A stretch of 64,000 nt of DNA from a virus. Below the pieces are notes generated by a model, which saw only the letters and a program-made list of their open reading frames with translations, was not told the origin of the DNA and did no database searches. Positions 54,701-62,100 of this stretch are shown here, piece by piece. The first letter of the stretch is position 1. Every line of letters begins with the position of its first letter. The position numbers and the translations under genes were made by a program. The stretch lies in the IMG/VR virus record IMGVR_UViG_3300045988_062794; one strand, 5' to 3'.

Positions 54701-55515
54701 TTTTTGAAGACGGATCTAAGAGCGGTAGAAGCATATGGAGCTACTTGCCACAACCATGCGGATGAAGAAGAACCTACAGCTTGTGGTACAGTATATATCC
54801 ATTTACTTGGCTCTGTCCACTTAAACTCTTGATTCTCACTCATAGCTTGTTCAAATCTAGAATCTACTTTATATCTTTCAATATCAGCTTCATCTGTTTC
54901 AATATCTGCATAGAGTTCATTAGCTTTATTCTGATAGGACTTTAAGTCTGCTTCTTGCTTTTCTCTGATATCAGAAATATTGCTCATATCAGGAGATACA
55001 CCTAGAGACATTAATGCTTCTCTAGTGTTATACAAGTTACTATCTATATTGCTCAATTCATTCTGAATCTGTGATATCTCAGTGTCATCTTGTGAAACTG
55101 CTAAATGGTTTAGCAAGTTATTTCTTTGACTCACTAAACCATTATAAGTTTCAAACAAATTAATGTTCGATTTAATTCTATCCATCTGTGGTAATACTTC
55201 ACGTCTAAGTATACCCTGAGTATTAGCCAATTGTGCTTCGTTCATAGCACGTAAAGAAGCTGCCACAGAGTTAGTTATTAAATCATATGTACTAAGATTA
55301 TTACGAGATTCGTCTAATGTGTCATCAGTATCTAGAGCTGGCTTATAAGAATCTTTCTGATAACTAGCAAGATCTCTAAGTATTTCATGAGGACTAATAG
55401 TACTACCTACTTCAGGGTTTACAGTACCGTTAGAAGCACCTAAATAATCTTCATAATTCTTCTTGCGAAGCTCTATTGCCAATGGAACACCACTGTTGTT
55501 TTTAGTTTTCTCCAT
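42736..55515 (-). CDS. 4,259-aa fusion protein containing the crAss-type virion RNA polymerase module
   Basis: Uninterrupted 12.8-kb ORF. RTGSDFDIDKLFLTRY (DFDID at 45526-45540) is the DxDxD metal-binding loop. HEAYH lies at 49924-49938. A Gly/Ala-rich hydrophobic segment lies at about 54550-54700 and Pro/Thr/Val/Lys linkers at about 52420-52640. Confidence 0.8.
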   Translation of the reverse strand: MEKTKNNSGVPLAIELRKKNYEDYLGASNGTVNPEVGSTISPHEILRDLASYQKDSYKPALDTDDTLDESRNNLSTYDLITNSVAASLRAMNEAQLANTQGILRREVLPQMDRIKSNINLFETYNGLVSQRNNLLNHLAVSQDDTEISQIQNELSNIDSNLYNTREALMSLGVSPDMSNISDIREKQEADLKSYQNKANELYADIETDEADIERYKVDSRFEQAMSENQEFKWTEPSKWIYTVPQAVGSSSSAWLWQVAPYASTALRSVFKKAISKAAIGAASGAIAGSVVPGAGTAAGGTVGGVAAGTVGAISAALDVANAGMLLYSNYKQAENEANANVADDYRDRVTQLITSTGLTISNIADEARANGLDERYARLSDDKIFEKILDGQIESTNPILAEAQIQARQGLDRDFAQNMSITYASNLASDVIMLPYFGKIADGWLGKTIKKGALLSDPIEAIGDKAADAAKKTLSKYILGRNAIDKATRSWASRAAKAAYIGGDLAVRNLATSFNEALEEGAQYTTGAAYKRGDFDDSDLNLEGLASSLFGAYKEKGRTLANILGSPFGYQDALYENDSEYWNNVKLGAAASLLSPMQVGVNARGAYSLYKETKGMDKVNELAVGEINTKEDMSKAVTYASGKFKGVESEVVNAWANLAEGPTENLPEGFTSDDALEEAQFASRVFTVAKSDRMKDLAENLGIELNTEEFGNLVGLYMQAEKDFKASLEDLTDKNQQLTSKAQALNSNAVLSTQMEKAVDNAFNVINNNAQSTDQIVSKDEIRELFKLQEQQRVLDNMLNEVNNATEIVKSTSNPAELRGNEYTLAKLDDMRYRLQARKKSIDKAMPSWYKNYTGDKTLLNNQVASVGAFNEVTEYENAIEDRLFSEINAERNQEIYNAFNGIENGAKITPTEASQRADIITEAKEKKTPKKRRNLKLKALRNIHNAQGEKLIDEMLELYQAKKEQSREMMEGTTGVTEQQTVNKPVVPSKPVTVPTGTVTEQPAPTVEQVKPVTPTKPIKPVKPSKPRRTISASELDEADAALIAAAEGQDIGLGTPTVQPAATAAPSSIDTTDTEKEKPVVNNDILSSDEDPFAGGFGDPTGEGVFDERGGEAVEVSKPSKAAKAKQDAQDAKAKFNKSVQDFFDLLDDNSVGFAFDPAANAEKQAKIFVAFLKLLGNAFNLGAYKFKEVALNMYEAIGNNREKLTTHFDSIKGAYTTAYYQMPEEDRARMSSPQEVAAITVDDLFDTPVSDLTESQVEEATKAGVLPTPQAPEAIPADAITDNELKDFSEDSRLGILNTFHYKHDAQLSETITFANGNRVTFSLNTELPELFRTRLSDLSFEYSVAPFIHYKTNSTKVKWNNPATYDWARVGMIITDSKTGKKYWLAMRSPNNLRVGDTSEEYNTLINDLRAARADIISRFVVKDSNGNLTNAIDYNIKVTPTRTLIHNAVEGISKYAPINDAKFNNILQLSTNLDEELDNFGYSTGVRSAETIYTIHGDNTGFTGTTSGGVYYIIAGNKRLSGRPLPLKISTVSYNNLEELANLLSTIVFKSGFSSYDKIGNTDLIGSDLIKLFLNYGEATQVKDNSDISDAAAKNLRNKQLYVDNSGVVGKLVYGNNSTSIAGLTSDQRDKERKAFVDWLMKEGSMPFKVPSKNNDVVSVDMKLRDLFQGRLASSVEKANGRLELVPGVVFTKDDLDHSLLAWMIKNGMLKSNLNTERYERPFVIADGITQDAPTNIPNSTAVPTVSEPQVEQPTVEEKPAPTRKRRTFRDLNTFGGSETEVRVNFTPKKTYTSKEKMNKVQARNFLKEKLGMSDAEIDIIDVAVSSDMPATALSHMTQDAIHLYSSDPAGVEYHEAYHRVSLLLMSEQQRNKVYDSYRASHENMKNASNKQVEEALAEDFRKYMLETVPSKVYRITKWFNKLIDFVYSLVGKIRPTSIFRGIYEGKYANVPVTQEAKDRFVAAYGDRVNFTQHGHEFQNIKSLDSYFQAVDYFTTSYISQSMTTEDIVDDLSRINIDYNDMREFLEDLSYDEAATPEQRAAAKELFDNFSIFKQDVQSKLAELSLKQIKEEQEYEETEERDGGEIEKDNFDKYDKASYEVSILHNIRPAVKLFLSSIEDRVYNTATKTYTRDINPETGIPRVTPFVAAWRRIVDKLFDEDSYGGLIRKAAQLSKTDPFFASVYNRLSKIKDSNLQTQIFQTITGFRHNFLTVGYQDVGTNEVMYISNLGGSVNVRNGKRIVSDWNRNFYNSEFMITDEQGNRKPDMAKLKELRDELTKATNELAKLTDSSTNEDLSQALYKLLDIYNKIGISITYDTLFQAIVDKVSAINSVNKPTILQAAKDLLTSNRDGSLAKAIPEILRRPVKDKPSDRIKRTADAIFTGENSILNLAIVHYQLNNNNLEEKVLGPKNTTVYPLSKHNYITLEIKKLNNDRSYVNKLLKCPINSSSIVYNQLKSNPNTRLTVGTLLNITEYNSGNTGTDYQSAPKVETFISKFTLSENDILVLPTMSDKKTYMPIQGLRLFKDRTMEIVPLDGELSIRMSKDVIEQFYKYYKSEYDAILQYRRMKLAEDQIDDANRPTMYFGKKGKDTGKGGKFRIARGVWHTDENGNTNYIDFNSLSDQELMDTFNNVAQLKEDINTTLIHRAHEQLMYVQKLGLIEQKKSGLWSNKFLPVSSINERSNNYANTYAQLSGSQNKMLRENLAIMDAIWTFTVNHFVSMFETEKVIYKDVAFFKNYPDVSKRLAGTLSTGDRPRLDFTDPNHIMNKIPRYKNGRYNVAGLKDIETHTNQPKELYKAIYRAYVRELMENDGNYTKEFIDNVFESDDLFSHEDIPQAIKDKAKTSTERDLKLYGDITMDKEGNITINTEDNPINQADASVYCSPTMYKAILATQGLLDAETEAAIDYVEEHADDLGDVRKYINTLAAVMSPKKMVYFGNEILEPLQGEFINMPIFNKMAIFPLFKVLATGDLKALYDRMNDTTNPIDMFTTKSAVKVGNIVEYDFYTDTSQSQISEEFTKDENGSYNKPITFRQQSFGNLLNQMPIEAHEAEKRMLVTQAMKTVYSNIRLDGDYYLPNGKKLSGRELRDYAMRAIDDLSDRGLNRLLKDLHAVKNEDGTFTFKDLQGISDSLVRDLIASNTDSDIVNQVALNERGEFNVPISASPLSKQLVTKLISKVNKETVDINLPGGTFVQMSSFGMKSIDKLSQAEAKQDYSKYMVNEGRKLMLKNENNSMDCVISINLLKHIIPGYDNMSFLEARQWLIDNHIIGDNASPSSMAYRVPTQGMSSIAALTIRDVVMSQAGDIIILPDEFTARTGSDFDIDKLFLTRYNYTTKRSNKLGRNATNAERENALKGYDAWADEVLAIRNGEPVTRRNSMKASEAINEYLKSKNSNVRYDNTDGNYKVYEYVTAKTEYNFDKPMSENSQGAVENLLIDTFMASLLDPKNVHDTTRPLDVPVNIMKKGIVEVYFLDVKNNQALFEYTEAYQDNLKQDFADSKSGIGPFALNNPHHVLGQLVELVMQAPEYMPKFGNLHRVSGVDDIHILDWLSALISAHVDVAKDNYIIKLNVNTFTYNVTNLLLRSGAGKNTMYFVSQEIMKRMAQDYIQSKGTYAIDSTKSFQSRYNEKEKAILEEFTKKANQAATNKIQRDAITNLLNNDKLSCDELFEIPEAGKLGYLENLLRKANEKEKDFDYYYGQLLVYKMYKQIDPMARALSDLVKASQVDTKKFGKNAIEMRQFLDKIADVQSSPYFTPEMIDKFYKDTFLQKKIDNSIIFTLNLLGNINIQSKDKYYNKFRSFVNASGLATISNKQAITAITNAIDSFWRSTALYADSSSPLINSMRELNRLFIGTDSIAKRLNRLKKDILADKANNGNKYPMISVTNGRISNLFLNSITGVTDTTNKGIDYIRLDYSDDINSNASRQIREYWQELLDSNVPELHDFAYDLIRYAVFSGTGIKHLNSLFDFIPQRALEEIGYFDAVRNIEDDTVDFDLLFTKEDIDEIYRNNWQNDTLVPTVNLTRKGIYKLTAVVRGKLTNVAFKGSDKRALCKNLEGISIYHPYVKVRNNRSTGNFDLYKYIGTFVKDDGKQIIEKPVYILVNKKGYREGGKGMVTEYLSKWVVGETASRYSIIPGNNVAPSYSNYGGNFLEDVPELINNNVIPKLNSQTNDVTKAGLDGVFHPASSIDYMFGLDGNNNDIRYQLNEEMSEDGEVEQASEVRPTTEGQSTETTSDFNDKNEFPTDEMNHCIKS

Positions 55516-57262
55516 AGATCAAATCTTCATTACTTTGTCTATAATTTATATTACCTTTAGAACCTAATTTGCTATATTGGAACTCTTCAAGATTTGCTCT
55601 TTCTCTTGTTTGTTCATTATTGAGTACCCCTTTCATAACCGGTATCTCAATGTATACCCCATTATATTGAGTTTCATGACCAGGTGCAAATGTACCATCA
55701 TCTGCAATTCTCACACTCTTAATATCAGCAATTCTGCCATTATAGTTAGGTATCTTACCATTTAGACTATTTACAAACTTTTGGAAGTCTTCATTCTTTA
55801 TAATATCTTCAGATGTATCGTCCCCAAAGAAACCAGTATCAAAGTAGTCTTTATAGATGTCTTTATTGTTTAAGAAATAATCTACTGGTATATATGCTTT
55901 ATATTCCTGAGTATATGATTCATTACCGGGAAGACCGTTCTCAAGTAATACTTTACTGGTAGGAGTAATACCCATATTGGGTATATTATTATTAATGAGA
56001 TCCTGTTCAAACTTAGTTCTAGCTGAACTCCAATTAGCACTATTAACAGGTACACCCATCTTAGCATTAACATACTGCTCTTGTGTCATCATACCAAATA
56101 TATTATTACCAGAGTAAATAGGACTACCATTGATACCCTTTACTACTGAATTCTTATCAAGCTCAGCATCGTTGATAAAGTTAGCTTGAGAACCTATATC
56201 TGTTGATAATTCTTCCCATACTGTCTTAGCAGTTTTGTTACGGTTTAACGGTAATTGTTTACCGCTTTCTGTAACTCTATCTACATAGGCTTTTTGCCAT
56301 TTACTACCAGGTGTAAATGTCTTTTGAGCTCTTTCAAATTGAGAATTATATTTTATGGTTACACCATCTTCAGTTTTGACTGTGCCTGGTTTACTTAGCA
56401 GTGTAGAAGCAAGTTTAGTAGAGAATTGAACTGGCATAGTCTCTTCTCCAGATGCTTTCTTTGTAGCAGTAGCTCTAGCTGTAATTAAAGAGAAAGGATT
56501 AACCTCTCTAGTAGGTCTAATAGTTCTATCAATATTAGATTCTACAATAGAATCTCTTAGCCACTGAATTGCTTCAGCATCACTTGCTCCTGTATTTCTC
56601 TTATAAACTTCCATATGCTTTTGAGCTTCTGGAGTGTTTACTATATCGTTCAGGTGAGCATCTGCTACTTTCTCAATATCACCGCGTGTATTACCGAAAT
56701 AATCGTAATTACCATCTGTATATAAAAAACCCTTCTGTAATTTAGCATAATAAGGATCTGCTAATTCTCTAATATCTTTATATGCTAAAGGAGCAATATC
56801 GTTGAAAATACCTGATTTTGTACTATCATAGTTTGCAAAGTCTACATTATGCCACATCTCATTAAATTTACCAGCAGCAGCTAACTGTTGATTAAACTTC
56901 ATTCTCTGCTCCATTCCTTCTTTACTCTGAAGTAATGTAGATAATTTAAGTCTATCTACATTATTAATAATAGAGTTAATCTGAGCTCTACCTTCTGGAG
57001 TCTTAAGTAAATCAATATTCTGAGACAATTTATCGACAATTGGTTTAGCTTTACCAAGAGTTTCATCATACCAGGTTTGCATATCCTTTAAAGAAGGAGA
57101 TCTGAAGTCAGACCATTTATCTAACGCTCCAGATAAGTCTGAAATAGCTTTATCTACTCTAGCGTTTGCATCCTTGCCAAGTGTATACAGTTGTTGGAAA
57201 GGTAGTGGAGCATATGTATCTATAAACTGAGCTTGTGCTGGATTGTCATATCTATTAACCAT
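55502..57262 (-). CDS. virion-block protein of unknown function
   Basis: 586-aa ORF that overlaps both neighbours (14 nt and 8 nt) in a late operon. Confidence 0.65.
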   Translation of the reverse strand: MVNRYDNPAQAQFIDTYAPLPFQQLYTLGKDANARVDKAISDLSGALDKWSDFRSPSLKDMQTWYDETLGKAKPIVDKLSQNIDLLKTPEGRAQINSIINNVDRLKLSTLLQSKEGMEQRMKFNQQLAAAGKFNEMWHNVDFANYDSTKSGIFNDIAPLAYKDIRELADPYYAKLQKGFLYTDGNYDYFGNTRGDIEKVADAHLNDIVNTPEAQKHMEVYKRNTGASDAEAIQWLRDSIVESNIDRTIRPTREVNPFSLITARATATKKASGEETMPVQFSTKLASTLLSKPGTVKTEDGVTIKYNSQFERAQKTFTPGSKWQKAYVDRVTESGKQLPLNRNKTAKTVWEELSTDIGSQANFINDAELDKNSVVKGINGSPIYSGNNIFGMMTQEQYVNAKMGVPVNSANWSSARTKFEQDLINNNIPNMGITPTSKVLLENGLPGNESYTQEYKAYIPVDYFLNNKDIYKDYFDTGFFGDDTSEDIIKNEDFQKFVNSLNGKIPNYNGRIADIKSVRIADDGTFAPGHETQYNGVYIEIPVMKGVLNNEQTRERANLEEFQYSKLGSKGNINYRQSNEDLIYGEN

Positions 57263-59189
57263 TTTTCTTACCCTTTCTATTATTGTAATACATATTATCC
57301 GTATCTGCTATTAATTCACCAGGGTTACCGTATGCTAAGAAATTTCTTAAATAAGGATAGATCATAGCGTCTCTAGCAGCTTCATTACGCATCTTTTCTT
57401 TAGTCTGAGACCATTGACCCAATTGACCAGCAGCAGTAGCACCAAAGTTTCTTGCAGCAGCTCTATTACGAGCATTTAAGTCATTAGTAAGTACAGTATT
57501 CTGTATATATTGTTGACCTAAATTGTTCATCATATTTGCGTATTCACCCAAGTATTGATTATTTGCATTATCCCTATTGGCATATACTGAAGTATTCTGA
57601 GCATATTCCCCAGTAGCTAATTGATTTCCATATGCTAAATTCATACCAGTATTAGGATTAAGTCTAGCCATGTTGTTACGAGCAATTGCTCTAGATCTTC
57701 TATTAGCCGCAAGAGTAGGCTCTATGTTAAGTCTACGACTAGCCATTGCTCTATTAATAGCCCCAGAGTAAGGATTAAGGACTTGGTCTTCTGTTTCAGG
57801 TCTACGTCTACTTTGAATCCAATTATACAGTATAGGAGATAAACCAGACAGACTGCCAAAGTTAGATGAAGACTTACTAGGTGTTTTAATCTCATCTGGT
57901 GTTAATGTGGGATTAAAATCTTCAATATTTAGCAACGGAGCATAAATAGGATCAGATGCTAAAGATGGATTGAAATCTTCAATATCCAGTAAAGGAGCTT
58001 GATTAAGAGAGTTAGTGGCTTTAGCAGACTTACTTGCTGGAGTATGTTTCCTAACAGATTTAACCTTTGTTATAGGTGCTGCATCAGGAAATGGTACTTC
58101 AGGCAAATCGTATATAGGTTCATTTACACCTACAGGAATTGTTTCACCAGTAATAGCATCAACACTATTATCTACTGGATCATTATTATATACATAAGTT
58201 CTACCAGGTGCTGGACCAGATTTAGGTACAAGGTTTTCTGTCCAATTAATCCCATTCAAGTAATTCATTACTGGAGCATCCCAATTAGAGTTCTTAGTTG
58301 CGCCTAAACCAGCTTTATTACCTGTGTTATTAAAAGCATTTGTAAGAGCACTATTAACTGCTGTACCTTGTACTGGAGAGGTTAAAAAATTAGCAATAGA
58401 TTTGCCTAATCGTCTAGTCCAATCACCTTTACCATCTGCATATGCAGGTATTCCTTTTACTTTAGGCTTAATACCTTTCTTAGCTTTAACTGCTTCTTGC
58501 TCTGTAAGCAATTTTTCATACATTGCATTTGCATTTCTTTTATTTAACATATCAGTATTCTTAGCAAATATGTCATTACCTTTACTCTTTTTCGTCATTT
58601 TAGTAAGTTTTTCACCTTCTTGTGCAAATGTTCTATTTGTACCAGGTCTCTTAATTCTATCAGATAAAACAGATTCAAGATTAGAAGCATCTATTAAATG
58701 ATTGTCTGTACCTGGTTTACTATTAGGTACTTGTTCAATATTACCAAAGTCATCTCTTATTACTTCATTATTATCTACATAAGCTAAATCTGGTAATATA
58801 CCACCGTTTTCAAAAGTATAAGCTAAAGAATTATCATCCCAATATTTTTGTTCAAGTGTGGCTGCGTTACCTTTTCCCATTGCTATTTCTTTAGCATTTG
58901 CTTTAATACGCTTCTGTTTATTAATTGCATTCTTTCTAAAGATACTTGATACAAGGTTGCCAACACCACCTACAACTCCACCTACAGCTGTACCAATACC
59001 AGGAAGAATAGCAGAGCCTACAGAAGCACCTTTGGCAGCACCCCCTAGAGTACTGCCAGCAATATCTGCACCAGATCCTTCTTCTGTAAAGCCTTGTAAA
59101 CCAGCTCCCAATATAGAAGCAACCTCTAAACCTTGATCTATACCAAAAGCATAAGCTGGAACTTTCTTTTTATTTATTTTCTTTTTCAT
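57255..59189 (-). CDS. Gly-rich / Asn-Arg-rich virion-block protein (possible ejection or cargo protein)
   Basis: 644 aa. The N-terminal segment is GAGLQGF..GSAILPGIGTAVGGVVGGVGNLV. An internal tandem 19-aa repeat is present. The C-terminus is N/R/A-rich. Confidence 0.65.
   Translation of the reverse strand: MKKKINKKKVPAYAFGIDQGLEVASILGAGLQGFTEEGSGADIAGSTLGGAAKGASVGSAILPGIGTAVGGVVGGVGNLVSSIFRKNAINKQKRIKANAKEIAMGKGNAATLEQKYWDDNSLAYTFENGGILPDLAYVDNNEVIRDDFGNIEQVPNSKPGTDNHLIDASNLESVLSDRIKRPGTNRTFAQEGEKLTKMTKKSKGNDIFAKNTDMLNKRNANAMYEKLLTEQEAVKAKKGIKPKVKGIPAYADGKGDWTRRLGKSIANFLTSPVQGTAVNSALTNAFNNTGNKAGLGATKNSNWDAPVMNYLNGINWTENLVPKSGPAPGRTYVYNNDPVDNSVDAITGETIPVGVNEPIYDLPEVPFPDAAPITKVKSVRKHTPASKSAKATNSLNQAPLLDIEDFNPSLASDPIYAPLLNIEDFNPTLTPDEIKTPSKSSSNFGSLSGLSPILYNWIQSRRRPETEDQVLNPYSGAINRAMASRRLNIEPTLAANRRSRAIARNNMARLNPNTGMNLAYGNQLATGEYAQNTSVYANRDNANNQYLGEYANMMNNLGQQYIQNTVLTNDLNARNRAAARNFGATAAGQLGQWSQTKEKMRNEAARDAMIYPYLRNFLAYGNPGELIADTDNMYYNNRKGKKNG
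57885..57998 (-). repeat. in-frame tandem duplication (2 x 57 nt)
   Basis: APLLDIEDFNPSLASDPIY / APLLNIEDFNPTLTPDEIK. The DNA copies ggattgaaatcttcaatatccagtaaaggagc and ggattaaaatcttcaatatttagcaacggagc are visible. Confidence 0.8.
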
Positions 59190-59190
59190 A

Positions 59191-62100
59191 TTATATCAAT
59201 GAATATCTGTATGCTGTACTAATATAAGGAACTTTAAACGTATTACCACCATTACAATCATACTTATAATGACAGATTAAATATTTCCCTTTCATTCTAT
59301 CTCTATAGGATTTGTTTACTAATTCTTCCGCTTCATTTAATTCTCTACTACTGCGAGGGATACAGAATTTATAAGTATCTTCTCTATAATCTATATCATC
59401 CTGAGTAAGAGTAAAACTAGTTTGTCTTTTAGTTTCAAAGTAGATGTTATCAAAGTTAGTATCGTAAGTAAAGTCACCACCATATTCAACATTATCGAAT
59501 GTTTTAGTTTGAGGGTACTTATCATTTACTATAAATCTAACATAAGATACTTTATCTTTACCTGTAAACATATCTAATTCATTACCTGAATTATACTTAT
59601 ATACAGCTAAATTCTTGTATATCATTAATTTATCTGTAAATTCAGCATACCAATCAGGTCTATAAGTATAGAATGAAGTAAAAGCTCCAACTTGTTCATT
59701 AAATACCAAAGTCTTATCTTCTAGAGTAAGAAGAACTTCATTGTATTTCTTATCATATACAGATATAGGATCATTTGTAATTATATCCTTATTATCGTGT
59801 AAATAAGATTGTACACCTTTTAATTTAGATACAGTACGTAATTGATTATCAAAACCACATATTTCATTTCTATCAGCATCATACCAATATACTGTACTAT
59901 CTGATTGTGTTGCAGTTCTTAATTGATTCTCTTTAGAACCATTCTTAGTAGTAAAGTAATCAAACCTAGTTAATACACCCCCTGTACCTAACGTAAGTGC
60001 ACCTGCATTATTATCTTGGATAAGAGAACGTTCATTTACAGCAAGTGTGCCAAAAGCGTCAGTTTGCCAGAACAACAAGTTATTCTTAAACAGCTTTAAG
60101 TTATTTATAGAACCAAATCTAGTATCAACGTCTAAGTAATTAGCAACCCTAAATTTAGTCCACGAATCGGTTACTTCTAAGTTAGTCTTAGGTTCTGAGT
60201 TCATTACTCTGGTGTCTGTATGTAAATTATCTATACTATAGATTGATTTACTAACATAGTTTTTAGCTCTAGGTTGAGCAGAATAAGCATCATTATAAGC
60301 ATATAATGGCGTATTCTGAACATATATAGAACCTACTTGTACTATATCATTCTCTACAAAGTGATTTGCATAGCCTGTACCAGACTCATAAGTCTTAGCT
60401 GTACCTACGGTATCCGTTCTCAATGAGAGATTAATAGAAGATTCTAACGGTATATAAGCACCATTATATGCTCTAATTCTTTCATTATCTGGTTGTTCAT
60501 AATTATCACTAGCATTGTGGTATGCAAACATACAATTAGCATAATCTAATACACCAACATATGTATCGCCACCGAATACATTTACTTTAGTATTACTGTT
60601 GTCTTTTACACTAATATAAGATCCTGTACTAATGTATACAGAGTTTTGTCTTGTAGCATAGCTATTACCACCATAAGGTGTTACAGACTGTTTTAAATTA
60701 GCAATGAGGATTGTATTAGCACTTTCAGGTCCAGCAGCTAATTCTGGTACTTCACCAACCATAGTATTACGAGAAATCATATCCGTACTCTGAAATATTG
60801 CACATACCCCATGAGGTCCAACTTTCCTAACGTTGTTATCATCATAATCACTAGCCTTAGATGTATCTCCGTATACCCAGTTATAGTATACCATGCTACC
60901 TACATTGGTAGCTTTAGTTCTCCATGCATCGTCATCTAAGTCAAATGGTTCTGTATTAGTAGCAATTGTAATGTCCTGAATTGATGCAGAATTATAACCA
61001 CCTGTAGTAATTTTATTGTAATACTTAGCTAAAGTAGCATCATACCATGATTCTGCACCCATATAGATTGCATTGTTTGCAGTAGACTGTTTTATAGAAT
61101 CACCTATAGCCGTAACCGAAGTATAAGCCCAACCGCTATTCTTAGCCCAACTAGTACCAGTATTCGAGGTTATATTCTTTAAATCATGTTTTGAAGCTTT
61201 TGCCCCAACCAATACTTTGACTTTATCACCTTTGGGTACAACCTTATCATTCGCAGGAGTACCGTTACCCATAGATTCATCAGGAGATATTGAAGATCTT
61301 AGTCTATATACACCTTTAATCTCTGTAGCTCTGCCTGTTACTTCAGATGCATTTGTTCTATTGACACATATTTCTGGTGAAATAAATAAGAAATATTCAT
61401 TAGCATTCTGACTACTAAAGTCAAAAGCATGTGCATATTTATTATTTTGTGACACCATACCGTGAGAAGTAGAATAAGTAAGATATGGAAACGCAGTTAA
61501 TTGATTTGTATTATCATAATTACAAACACAACTAACAGCTCCTTGCATCAATATTGTTCTATCTGAAATAGTTCTTTCACATCTTACAATCTCATAACCA
61601 GTAATCTTCTTACTTTGGATCAAATCACTTGGTATATTAATTGTGAATTGTACACCTAATGGATGTGTAACTACTTCTAGACTATTAGTAGTACTACCAC
61701 CAATATCTACTCGCATACCAGAAGTAAAGATGTTGTAACCAGGTGCACTAGCTTTAGGCATTCTTATATCCGCAATCCAGTGTGCAGAGGATGCTACATT
61801 TTCTTCATTGTAGAATACAATAGCAAAACGATATATTTCATCTCTCATGTAACTCCTTGCCATTGATTCTACTTCACTATTACTATAGTTTAATACTTTA
61901 GCAGTAGCATCAGCAAAAGATAAAGACCCTGCATCTGACCAGGAACCATCTTCCTCAATGTTATATAAATCTAGAGTAGATGTAGAGCGTGCTTTAGAGT
62001 TTAATGAGAAAGAATCTTCAGCATAACCTGTCCTAGATGTAGGGGCATCACTTTCAATTAGATTTGTTTTTATAAACCTATATGAAATATTTTTACCTAT

